A stretch of 64,000 bases of DNA from Nageia nagi (Eukaryota > Plantae > Pinophyta): contig JBITNC010000001.1 of the NCBI GenBank assembly GCA_050084985.1, positions 140,306,001 to 140,370,000 of the forward strand, written 5' to 3'. Position 1 is the first letter of the stretch. Each line of letters begins with the position of its first letter. Made by a program: the position numbers and the translations under genes. Positions 52,870 to 64,000 of the stretch are shown in pieces. The notes beneath the pieces were generated by a model. It did no database searches, was not told the DNA's origin, and saw only the letters and a program-made list of their open reading frames with translations.

Positions 52870-55790
52870 TAATATTAATGTCCTCGGGTAACCAAAATAG
52901 GTCAATGGGACTCGAAAAGTACAAACCAGCTAAATGTAGGGAATGTAGGGGTGAGAAACCCCAGAAACCGAAAAAGCAAAAGCAAGAAGCACTAAAGCTA
53001 CGCTACATTACATTGAGAAACCAAAAAAGACCAACATCCTCAACCATCAAATGTAGATCCGATCGCTCTAGGTACAAAGGGCCCCGGACTGGAAGGGCTA
53101 AGCAAGGCCTGTGAGTCTCTCTCAACATCTAAGACCAAAGGATCACCCATGGAGGAGAAAAAGCCAGTGATGTACATTTGTCATCTGAGCTAAGACTGTC
53201 TAGTAGAGGTTTGAGGTGCAAGACAGCGTCGTGTCAATCTGAGCTCGTGGGTATGTGGAAGAGTACCATCTAGAGGGCGTTTCCTATCCACAAGACTTGA
53301 GGTACGCTGGAAGAAAGAACTAATCAACCTGGCAGTTTGAGGGGCCTTCGCGGATCTCTGTAAGGATGCTCACCTAAAAAGAGTAATCTCACACACGAAG
53401 AGTGCTAGACTTCTCTAGTCAAGGTAGCGAAAGAAGGTGGATACCGAGCCCTGAGACTCTCTGAACAAGCAATAATATTGCCCCTGGATCTCATAGTAGA
53501 TGAGACATTTGAAGATCAGGTGCTCCTTGTTCTCTATCTCCTATAGAGAACAAAGTCGGCAAGTCCTATCCATCTGAGGAATATGATGGTCAATCTCGAT
53601 ACGAAGCTGGTGTGAGCAAACTCGAAGTTGGCCGAGAGGAACCCTCAACCCGGAAGACCGCTGGTGTTGGAGGCAGGTCAGCATGACAATGAGGCCATCA
53701 GTGAGTTGCAAAAAATGCTCAGCGTAGAAAGCCATCTTAGGTTTGAGAGGATGCGGGGGAAAGATCCAAGTGACCTGAATATAGCGGCGATAGATATCCT
53801 CTCTAATAGATCGATGGAGCGTCACCTTTGAGGGTCGTGGGGTAGCCAGCGTGGGGTTGAAGGATGGAGCCGATCAATCGAAATGCCCACCAATTGTAGT
53901 ATCAGACCAGCCTCGGAGTATCAACAACCGTCTCAACCTAGTAGTGCCAAGTGATGCAATCCTCTTTGATGAGCATAAAGCACAAAAAGGATGCCTCTCA
54001 CGGCCAATGGCAGAGTCGCCAAACTATCTAAGTCTATGTATGAAAGACCCAAGCCTGAATATGGTCTCAAGACGAAGCGGTTGAACGACAAACTCACTCT
54101 GAGCAATGCATTGTGGAATTATCCGCTTACAGCGGACCATACACTGGAGTATGATGGTCTAAACTCTCTCAATGCATGACCACTCAACCAGCCCAGAGCT
54201 AGGACACCAATCCTCTGAACCATAGAAAACGATAGGTGTGATGAGGGTATGAAACAAGCATATCTTCAAAGGGATGTCCTAGAAGTGTATCTGGAAGCAC
54301 TTGCGCTCCAAGACGAAGAGTGAAGTGTATCCCTTGCTAGATCATGTCTATGAGGCTGGCTTCAGGCTGAAAGATGGCCCAAAGAACTAAACTCCCAAAT
54401 AAGTGTAAGCGATGAAGATCTCAACCGTCTCACTTCTATAGTAAAAATGGAAGCTGGATAGAGTAGCCCTAGAGGTATTAAAGACCATGGCCTTGGTTTT
54501 ACTGAGGTTAACTATGAGTTGTTTCTGGTCACAAAAAAGGGCAAGAGCGTCTAGCTGTCTCTGGAAGCCCTCTAGGGAGTGCGATAGGAGGATCACATCA
54601 TCCGCAAAAAGTAGTATAGCAATCTGGAGGCACCCTTGCTTAACCCCAATAGTGCTAGAGACCCTATTAGAAAAACCATCGGCTATCCGAAAATGACCAA
54701 CAACTATCTCATAGAGTCTCAAGATGGTGGTAACAAAGGTGTCAGAGATACCAATAGTCTGTAGTCTCTGGAAGAGTAGATGTCACGGGACTGTGTCAAA
54801 GGCCTTCCTGAAGTCAACAAAACAACAAAAGACCTTGGAGGACCTCTGTCGAGCTTCCTCAATGATAGCTTGAAGTGTGAAAATATGGTCTATAGTCTGA
54901 AAATCTCTCCTGAACTCGACCTGCCCTCATGCTCTGAGACCACTCTGCTCCAAGTGGTCCGATAACATGTCTAAAACTGTGGCATAAAGCTTGGCAAAGG
55001 TGTGCCCGATCATGATGGTCCTGTAATTGTTTGGGTCGAAACAATCTCCTTAGAGAAAGGACATCGCACTGGAGTAAATAAATCCGACTACTCCAACCAC
55101 TAGAGACAAAAGGAAAATGCAAGATGAGCAAGGAGGATATGGAGGAACTTAATGATCAATAGAGAAGAAAGATGTTGACCTCATGCTACATGGAGTGGAT
55201 AGCTAATAGATCCGCCAATATGTCGTTGGGTCAACAGGATGAGGACAAAGGCGTGGCAGAGATTGAAAATTAATCCGACCATGTCCCCCATATGTCACAA
55301 ACATGTGTAGAGAAACCGAGGAATTAACTGATGGGACTCAAGAATATGTTGAGAAGAAGGATCTAGAGATCCCACAAAGGTCTATATAAGGTGATAGAGA
55401 CAACTTCGAAGGGTTGGTGAACCTGAGGGCTAAGTAGAGAGAGCAAGCCGAGGGGAGTAAGTGCAATGATTGGTGAGGTTAAACCGAGCACGAGAATAGA
55501 GTAGAAACTCCAAGAGAGGGCAGACGAGATTAATGGCTGAGGCAAAACCAAGCACAAGAGGTGAGAGGAAGAACGAGAAAGAGATATGTGGAGCTCAATA
55601 TTGAATTGCCTCATTGTTGACAAAGGACTGGTATCTGTGTAATGCCTGTAGGTGGGACTGTGTATGCCCGTAGAGTCTAATCGGTGAGGGGATTGTGTAT
55701 GTCCCAAGAGTTTGATAGGACTGTGTCTGCCAATTGTATGTGTAAGGTGTCTGTTTAAAGTCAGATTCCCAGAGAGCAAGAGTCTGTAAA
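52870..55790 (-). mobile_element. 5'-truncated RTE/RTEX-like LINE in a RAD17 intron
   Basis: CFVDFRKAFDTVP, IGVKQGC, LLFADD, IVNLSKTKAMVF and YTYLGV RT motifs, plus C-terminal RVCSHQLRIE...CRLC...EHLIFKC. Ends approximate. Confidence 0.85.
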
Positions 55791-56830
55791 TTCATTAAAT
55801 ATTTCACATCTTTGTTCTGGTTTTTCCCTTATTGTATATGGTTAATTAGATTAATGTTATTATGACAATAATATAAATTCATTGAGGATTGTATAAAAAC
55901 TGCATTTAATTTCATGAGATTTGGCAAACATATAATTTTCGATTGTCAACTCTGCCAAGTTTTTACTGAGACAGACGTGAGTGTGGATGCTATGGTGTAT
56001 GTGCTGCTGAATTGTTTTCCCTACACAGCTCACATATCACCTTAATAGTACCCCAATTAAAATTATAAGTCTGAAAATGAAAGTAGTGGACATTATAGAA
56101 TCATTGAACAATGAAGAAACATTTCAATCCTAGATTGTCTTAAGGGGTGCTTGATAAATAGATCTGACATGAAAGCAGTTGCCAGCATCACACTCACAGT
56201 TCCTCTTAGATATTGAAGTACATGTGGAAGAAGACTTGTAGAGAAAGCACCTACGTTCTCACCTTTTGTTTGATTACAAGACACTATTCCTTGATTTGCT
56301 ATGTATTTCAAGAGTCATTCTATGGATTTGTGGAAGAATACTTCGGAGTCACTCTTTATGATATTAAATATTATTCAGATGACTAGCTTAAAAGCAAAAG
56401 GTTTCATCTCAGCTGTGAGCTCTTAACATTAAGGTCTAGGACATACAACTGCAAATTGAAAAAGTAAATGTTATCTAGCCAGCTGTGTGTCTTTTTGTTT
56501 TAGCATTGTCACAAGTATATGCAAGTACAATAGATTGCATCCTCTGCAGTTCAGTTGCAGTTGTCATGTCATCATTGCAATTCCTACAAATATGTAAAAC
56601 TAAAAATATCCGGTACAAATGACACTGTAGATTTAGTTCAGTCCACCAACCACAACCAAAAGTCATGCTTTCTATTTCTTTAAGCTTTTGGAGATGGACT
56701 TTACAAGTTTACACTACTTAACTAAGCAACAAAACCACCAAAAAAATATTTCTTCAAAACTTATCATGTTTTTTCACAAAAAGAATCTGCAAGCTTTTGA
56801 AGATGGACTTTACTCAAGAATAGCTTATAC

Positions 56831-57227
56831 CTGAATCTGCAATCTGATCCGTTTGTCTCTTATTGTGTAAAAATTTCCCAAGAGCATGAAATAAAGATAG
56901 GGTTCCATCACGTCCCATTCTTGACTTCACATTATCCATAAATTCTAGGCCCCTTACAGATGTAGATGATTGACCAGCTTTCTTCTGTGATTGTTTTCTA
57001 GAATATGATTTAGGAAGTGGCAGACATTCAGAGCCTTGTGGATCCCTAACCCAAGCAGTCTGGTCAAGGCAAAGGAATTGTAAAGAATTAATTGCATGTC
57101 TAATATCACCTCCACTACTTTCAGATATGTAACTTAGCCAATCCGGAGGCATAGAGAGATATTCAGCTTTCCATATGTTTCCAAGTGTCTTCATGATTGC
57201 ACTTGTTGTAACCGGATTTAAAGAAAT
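56831..57227 (-). CDS. RAD17: RAD17 exon (AAA+ sensor region)
   Basis: ISLNPVT...GGDIRHAINSLQF...GRDGTLSLFHALGKFLHNKR. Confidence 0.95.
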
Positions 57228-57315
57228 CTGCATCAAATGTTGAATAATTCTACAACTTTACAGCTGCGGCAGCTTTGAGAAAATGTAAGAACAGAATTCA
57301 GGACATAGTTATTAC

Positions 57316-57635
57316 CTTTGTAGCACCACCTTGCTCAAGAGCTAACTCCATTTCCAGGATCATTTGGCTGGATCCTTCTCTATCTGCAGCTTCATTTAAT
57401 TCAGTAACTAACACAATGGTTGGAAATTGAGCAGACTGTGCAAGAGTTTGAAGGCACTGACAGAGTCGGTGGCAAGACTCCCCCCCATGTGGGATGGGCA
57501 AATCATCTATTACAATTACCATAGCATTCTCTGATTTTCCAGATCTTTTTGATGAGCCCATAGGCAATATTGGATACTTCCGTATAATGTCCACAAATGA
57601 TTCAAACTCATCAAGTTTTGATATATATGATGCTC
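57316..57635 (-). CDS. RAD17: RAD17 exon (Walker B-like VIDDLP)
   Basis: YISKLDEFESFVDIIRKY...VIVIDDLP...GATK; canonical splice sites. Confidence 0.95.
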
Positions 57636-57801
57636 CTAAGAAAGCATGAACATCATTATCATCAGAATGCCAATGACAAAATACAGAAAACGCATAAATT
57701 AAAAATAAAAATTAAATAACTTAACTAGCAAATTAATTTAGACTATGCTCCTGCATTGCAATAAATTGAAATAAGATATTCAAATTAGAATTTGTTCGTA
57801 C

Positions 57802-57904
57802 CAGAATTTACATGATGTATATATTCTCTCCACAGGGTGGGTGTTGGTGTTTCCCATTCACAAATTTCAATCCCCATGAGATCTATAAGCAAATGAACAG
57901 TTGC
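57802..57904 (-). CDS. RAD17: RAD17 exon
   Basis: ATVHLL...ICEWETPTPTLWREYIH; too short for the ORF track; canonical splice sites. Confidence 0.92.
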
Positions 57905-58669
57905 CTGCACTAGATTTAACAAAGTAATTTTAGCATTCACAGAAACAAGTGTTTTTTGAAAGTTGAAACTAATAAAAGTCCCTAGAAATGCGAGAAAAGA
58001 GTAAAATCACTAATATAAAAATTATTTTGTTGAAACAAAAATGTGCTTTCCAAATTGAAATGCTATCAAATGGCTAGTCACTACTCTTCGGAGCATATCA
58101 AAAAGAAAAGCTATCATCAAATTCGTATTGTGCTTATATTTTTTTGAAGTTGCTAGCATGACAGATTTGGGTAAATAGACAAAGATAAATGGAAGGGGGG
58201 TGGGAGTCCAAATTTCATTTATAAAATCATTTATTAAAATCATGTTTGAATTTGCAAATGCGAGTGTGAGCATTTTTATTGTAAAATTTGATGAGGGTAA
58301 CAGCCAGCAACTGAGATACTCATATGACCAAACTTGAATCTGTAAATCAAACAAATATTCATGACTTGCAATTTTTAAACTAATATGAATGTTGAGGACC
58401 TAATCCATATTCACTTTTTTTTATGAATAAGGTAAATATATTAATACTGGAGTTTTGAAAGGCCCTCCAACAACCTTGTGCATCAAGCCTTTTGAGTCCT
58501 GATTAGTATAGTAAAATTTGGATATTTCAATACATAACTTTCATGCAAAAAGGCAATTCAATAAGAAGACCACAAGTGGTGTATGTTCAAAACTGAAAAG
58601 GAGACCGCAGCAGTGTATAGCCCTAGTTGTTCAAAAAGAGACTGCAGCATAGCAGAAAAATAATTATAT

Positions 58670-59750
58670 CAAAACTTACAGTGCCTATCCTTATTTAAGA
58701 GTGGAAACTTACAGTACCTATCCATCAAAACTATAAAAGGCATTATCCCAAAAGTTAACAATCGGATCATCCTCCTGTATGTAAATGTCTTCAACGTGAT
58801 CCTCTTCATCTTCATCAGATTTGAAGGAGAGATTCCGATAGTTGTTCTTATCAAACATTTGATATATGTTTCTCTTCATTACTCTTACCTTGGTGGGGTT
58901 CTTAAGTAGATTCTCGAACAAGGGACTGATTATTATAGCTTCAGCAAGCATCTTATTCTGAATGTCTGAGCTCTGTGGTAGTCTTTCTGCTTGGGTCTTG
59001 TATCCTCTCTTGTTCTTCTCCTGATGCTCCAAATCAATAACTTCTCTAATCCCTATGCACATTAGTATGAATACTTTCAATATTTGGAATCTAGTCACTC
59101 CAATATTGAATCCATCTTGAAATAAAATTGCGTGTAACAAAAAATTGCTTTTCTTATAAAATTACTAAGATCTGGAATCCATCTCAAATCAAAATTAGGT
59201 ATACCAGAAGTATGATTTTTAAATAAGATTACTCGGATCTTGAATCCATGTACTATGTATGATATTGCAAAACAAGAGTTTGTTTCTAGAAACAAAACCT
59301 TCTTGTCTTCTATGTCAATAAGGATAGTATTAGAGTTCAAAATTAAGATGCAATCACAGAGGACTCTTTTTCTTTACAAAGAGTGTCATGGTCTTCAAAA
59401 TGACTACTTCATCAGTTCTAGTAACACATAGTTTCACCTTATAATGCTCACTACGTCCTCCAATGCATGCCTTAATTGAAACACTGCCATTATAGATATT
59501 TTCTGTCAATAAATTGTGATATAATGAGAAGTTCCAAATTCCAAAACTTTTTGGCTTTCTATGAGCAAATCTTGGTTCAGATCCTTATCTTGTGAAATTC
59601 ATGTTTTCTTTCAAAGTTTCAAGTTGTCTACCAAATCTAGGTCTTATTCTGAAACTTCAAAATTGAGGCATTTCTCATTGTAAATTTCCATAGGCCTCTT
59701 TCCTACTAGTGCATAAAGTAAATGTCATTCTTTGACAAGAGTTGCATTTA
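58670..59750 (-). pseudogene. Decayed ~300-codon ORF of unknown origin, possibly a caulimovirid-like terminal (TAV/ORF2-like) gene, in a RAD17 intron
   Basis: Long protein-like frames with few stops and one frameshift, an acidic C-terminus, and a GATAGG(T/C)ACTGTAAGTTT direct repeat at the stop. The family assignment is an impression only. Confidence 0.35.
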
Positions 59751-60131
59751 ACCATTTTAGTTGTAAGCAATTCTCAGGGAACTAAGTCACAAATCATAAC
59801 CAATTTCAAATTGGGATTAGCAACAACAATGAACATCAGAATTCTTACTCCTCATTGAAGGAATTAAATATTGTTGAGGATAATAGTTTGAACAAGAATA
59901 GCTTGAACTACTAGAAAACTATTGTTGAGGATAAAATGAGAAGGCAAGCATACAATATTGAATTAAAGATAGAAACTAAATCCATGACAAAATGAAGACT
60001 TCCAACAATTTGCTTGTTTGACAAATAAAAGAAAATTACAGGAATCAAATACCAAAACCGTCACTTCAAAACATAAAGACCTTCTATGCAATTTCAAACA
60101 TACATCATTGAAACTGAATACTAATACATAC

Positions 60132-60188
60132 AGTTTTTCCAACTCCTGTTGGTCCTGTCAGCAAAAGAACACGACTTCCAGAATGTTC
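60132..60188 (-). CDS. RAD17: RAD17 exon with Walker A motif
   Basis: CTTCAG|EHSGSRVLLLTGPTGVGKT|GTATGT; phase 0 joins ATVHLL. Upstream exons were not identified in the window. Confidence 0.9.
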
Positions 60189-60308
60189 CTGAAGATTTAA
60201 AGATTTGATATGTCAGCATTAATTATATCCAAAAAGCAAGCTCCAAATAGTAAAATGGAAATATAAATTTCATTAGGACCAATTTAAGACACCTGAAAGG
60301 ATGATAGA

Positions 60309-60468
60309 AATTCTTTAAGAATGATGCATGTAAGAAAGGCAACCTAATGCAAAGTATACTTGAAGCAAGCTCATTCACTAGTACCGTGCAATTCTTTAAG
60401 AATGATGCATGTAAGAAAGGCAACCTAATGCAAAGTATACTTGAAGCAAGCTCATTCACTAGTACCGT
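60309..60468. repeat. Perfect tandem duplication (79 bp x 2, 81-bp period)
   Basis: 60309-60387 is identical to 60390-60468. Confidence 0.95.
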
Positions 60469-62297
60469 ATTTAGTGTAGCTCCTGTCTTAAGTTTCCCTA
60501 TCGTATAAATGTTATTAAAGCTTGTGTCTAACTTACATTTCCATCAAAGAGTAAAATGCACAGCATCTGTTTTGCTGAAATCCATCTGGGAGTAATCAGC
60601 ATTTAACCAAATACAGAGTATTATTTAGGTCAAGATCCAGTTGAAATACAGAGCCTTGCTTTAAATACTACAATAGTCACAATAAGATCAACCTACAAAA
60701 ATATTATTAGTGGCCAATTCCATGCAATATACAATAGCTGCATGTCTTCCAAAGAACCTCTAAGCCACTCAATTTCTCTTCCCATTAATCACTAGAAGGG
60801 ATGATATGAAATATGAAAAATTGTGACTAGGAAAATATAAAGTGTTCCCCCTTTATACAAGCTATATAATCAGTATGCGAAAGAACAGAATACCTACACA
60901 GACGTCAATATATTGACAAAGCAAATTGATCTTAGAATATCACCATCGTTGTTATCCAGGGAGTCCTAAAGAGAAACAAAGTTAAATACGAGCAGCTTTC
61001 CCAACCTAAGGCCAAGTAACAAATGGGCCTAAATCTTTTAATGAAGAAAACAAGCTTGACAACACTCAAGAAATCATGTATTGCAGAAAATTAAAACATA
61101 TTCTTAACATAAATGAATGATGACGTAGACTCTGTAGACATGCAGCAGTAATGATTGTACAGAAGAAACAAAATGTGAATGAGATAACCTGCAAATGTAA
61201 ATGAAACCACTAATACTCCAAAATTGAAAGAAACATGTCAGTTGCAATGTCACAAATGTGAGACAGGCTTAATGTTAAGAGAAGATTCAAGCTTTTGTCA
61301 TCTACTCTGGCTCTCACTTGTAAGCAACAGTCTCTGGGTTGTTTCAGATGTTACATGGGCACATAGTCGAGGGCTATTTCAATGAGCTAAAAAAGAAAAA
61401 AAATTAAAGATTAATTGATAGCTCAAATAAGATAAATACTCCAGAAATCTCTCCTGATGCCTACCTGTCCCCTTAGAACAAGCTTACAATGTTCCAACTG
61501 CATTAGAAGCAGCAAGTCCAAAACCATGACATAATGTTTGTGAAACATATGCTCAGAGGCAATCCTCTAGTTCTCAAGGTCAAGACTGTCCCTTGACTTA
61601 TGAATGGGTAAATAGTGACGAGTGAGTCCATCCCTTACTTGAGAAACACAATCTAGAGCCATCACAATTTGTTCTTTCAATGGAGGACAACATTCAAATA
61701 CCCTTTTAGATATTCCAAAGAAAAAACAAAACATAAGATGATAAATGGATGGTGACTCGAACAAGGGACTGATAAGTCATGTCATAAAGAGAACTCGTAT
61801 GAAAAATTATTTTTGGGAGCTGATTTTCAAAGAGGGAGCTACCTTTGGAGGAAAGCACACAATTTGGTCATGGAGGATAGTGAAGGGAATGAAGGTGCCC
61901 ATTTTCCCTAGAAGCAACACATTACAATACTTTGCTTGTGAAGACTAAGATACTCTCTCCGCATTATGAAGATGAAAGGTCTTTAAGCAAGGCATAATTG
62001 AAGCTCCTGTGCATTGTTTTACATTATTTATCGTACCAAAAATTCAATGGACAACAACCATGGGAGAAAACTCATTTTGAGTGGCAAGCATCATTACAGT
62101 TACTAAAAGATAAGTTCATTGACATACTTTGAAGAAGCAAAAATTGTTGCCCGTCACAGAAGATAGGTTAGAAGACCAAATATTATTTAAGGGTTATGTT
62201 GTGACTAAAACACATGTCCCAAAATCCTGCAATTTTGAGGACCATCAATGCATCATGTATATACTTCGTTTTGTCGTCGTCTTGTCCACCCAAACTG

Positions 62298-64000
62298 TGT
62301 CACAAAGACCCGGATTCGTGGATAACTCTTCTTAGTTCAAGCCTTATTCTTCGTCTAGGATTAGTCATGTCAAGTTAGAAATTTCAAAATCCTCAAAAAT
62401 GGCTAAGTCTGGGAAGGATAAAAGTCGATCTTAGGTGAACTAGGGAGTCTAAGAAGAGTCGAGGCCAGATCAAAGCAAACTGGGCATCTCTAAGGGCTGG
62501 CGCATGATTTAAAAAGACAATTTTGTCTTTTCAAACCATGCGACCAAGCTTGGAGACCATCCAGATAGGAAGAGAGGCTCAAAGACGGAATCTAGGTACT
62601 TGCCCGTCCAGCGCATGCCTCCAGGAAACAAAATTTTGTCTTTTCCGAGCATGCGCCAAACACAAGAAGCAGATTGGAGCAAAGTGAAGCATGGAAAATC
62701 TAAGGCAAAGGCACAAGGCTAGCGCATGCTTCAAAAAGACAATCTTATCTTTTTGAACCATGCGACTTGGCCAGGAGGATGAGTTGAACAAGTTGGAAGG
62801 TCGGAGAGTGAACCATAGGCTCCCAGGAGGCTAGCGCATTCCTCAAAAAGACAAAATCTTGTCTTTTTGAACTATGTGCCAATCCTAGAAGGGCTTCTAG
62901 TTCGAGCGAAGGTGAAAATTTTGACAAGTCATGCACCCAAAAAACTCAAGACCAGCTCAAGCATACCCAGAGGAGCTAGCACATGATCTCAAAAGACAAG
63001 TTCTTGAATTTTTGAGGCATGCGCCAAGCCCAGAAAGTCTCCAAAATCCGAGAAAGACAAAAATTTGGCTAAGTCATGAGCACTTAAGAATCAAATTCCG
63101 GAAATTAAGCCATCTGGAGGCTAGTGCATGCTTCAAAAAGACAAAATCTTGTCTTTTTGAACCATGCGACCAGGCTGGATGGATAGGCAAGGCTAGCACA
63201 TGCCTCAAAAAGTCACAAACTTGACTTTTGGAAGCATGCACCAAGCTCACAGATTTCCCAGGTTGAGATGAAGGATCAAAATTGATAAGTCCAGCCGACA
63301 GAGAGACTAAAAATCAGGAGAAATCAAGTTACTGGGTGAGTTTCATGATCAAGGCAAGCAAGCATATAGGCAAGAGACCCAACGTTGGAGGCATATTCAT
63401 CCCTAGGGTTGGTGCATGGTTCAAAAAGTCATAATTTTGTCTTTTTTTTCATGCGCCAAGCCAAATTGACCTTCAAAACCCAAACGTTTGGGCACGGGCG
63501 GCTTTGCATGAGTTTTTGGGCTAGCACACATCTTGAGGTCAGCCAGATGGATGATTAACATTGTGTCTATCTGTAATCCTAGCTAACTAGGGCAAGCTAG
63601 AAGCCAAATGGGCTATAAATACAAGCCTAGGGACCTCATTTTCTCAAATTCAAAACTTTCTCCTCTTCTACTTTTGCACCAAGATAGCTGCAAATTGCAG
63701 ATTTTTGTGCTTGAACATCATCATTCGTGCATCCTAGGGCTTGCGCTAGCACTTGGGAGGCTAGCTATCACCACATGGGCATCTTCTCCACCTGGAAACC
63801 CACGCACAACCCTTGAGGAGCAACACTGCAAGCAAGAATACCATGACCTCCTCCAAGGGTAATTCAACCCCTAACTTCACTAGGGATCTCGAACGTTTGA
63901 AACAAGATTGCGTCATCTCCATTTGTGAGAGACAACGAGCCCTTCCCCAAGGGGTCAAATTCTCAAGGAACGGTTTTGCAAACCATCAGAGACACAAATT
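62298..64000 (+). mobile_element. Long LTR of a relatively young retrotransposon (runs off the window), probably intronic to RAD17
   Basis: TGTCACA start, repeat-rich U3, CTATAAATA at ~63613 followed by R/U5-like sequence; CpG retained. Left boundary uncertain. Confidence 0.6.
62500..63457. repeat. Eight ~45-bp imperfect palindromes separated by variable spacers
   Basis: Consensus GCGCATGNTTCAAAAAGACAAAATCTTGTCTTTTTGAANCATGCGC; the CATG (CATT in copy 4) starts at 62503, 62614, 62725, 62837, 62982, 63127, 63199 and 63415. Confidence 0.9.

Noticed and set aside
50290-55790. Twin-priming inversion of a single LINE
   Set aside because: The + strand 5' fragment lies beyond the 3' tail of the minus-strand copy, which is the wrong geometry, and no shared TSD was found.
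56682-56813. 23-bp direct repeat as the TSD of a SINE
   Set aside because: The 86-bp insert has no A/B boxes or clear tail; cannot be told apart from a local duplication.
60690-61400. Upstream RAD17 exons
   Set aside because: Acceptor-like sites exist, but no frame gives the expected W..KY.P / LAVHKKKV motifs with compatible phase. Those exons probably lie beyond the window.
62500-63457. CRISPR array
   Set aside because: Eukaryotic LTR context, degenerate repeats, irregular spacers of about 27-170 bp, and no cas genes.

Overview
AT-rich, TE-dense eukaryotic DNA from a land plant. The LINE and PPR sequence styles suggest a non-angiosperm, but that is inference only. There are two host genes, both on the minus strand. 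One is the 5' end of an unidentified gene at the left edge. The other is RAD17: 8 exons (545 codons including the stop) splice in frame between 60188 and 47819, and its N-terminal exons were not found. The ~45 kb between the genes is nested, decayed TEs whose ends and TSDs can mostly be read directly. (1) A non-coding LARD-like LTR element (2079-22494, ~1.82-kb LTRs, tRNA-Arg-like PBS) whose LTRs were hit by a Reina chromovirus (3181-9180), a Ty1/copia (11088-19697) and a TIR element (21119-22095). (2) A full-length L1 with a 15-bp TSD (22726-34068), interrupted by a CACTA-like element (24653-30364) that carries a captured PLS-PPR fragment amplified into a 114-bp tandem array. (3) A Tat/Ogre gag-PR remnant interrupted by a non-autonomous LTR element (36670-41918). 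(4) A second L1 fragment. RAD17 introns hold RTE/RTEX-like LINE pieces, a possible endogenous caulimovirid-like ORF, and probably an LTR with a regularly spaced palindrome array. Nothing here proves a new biological system. The best leads are the PPR-derived array, the palindromic array and the virus-like ORF.
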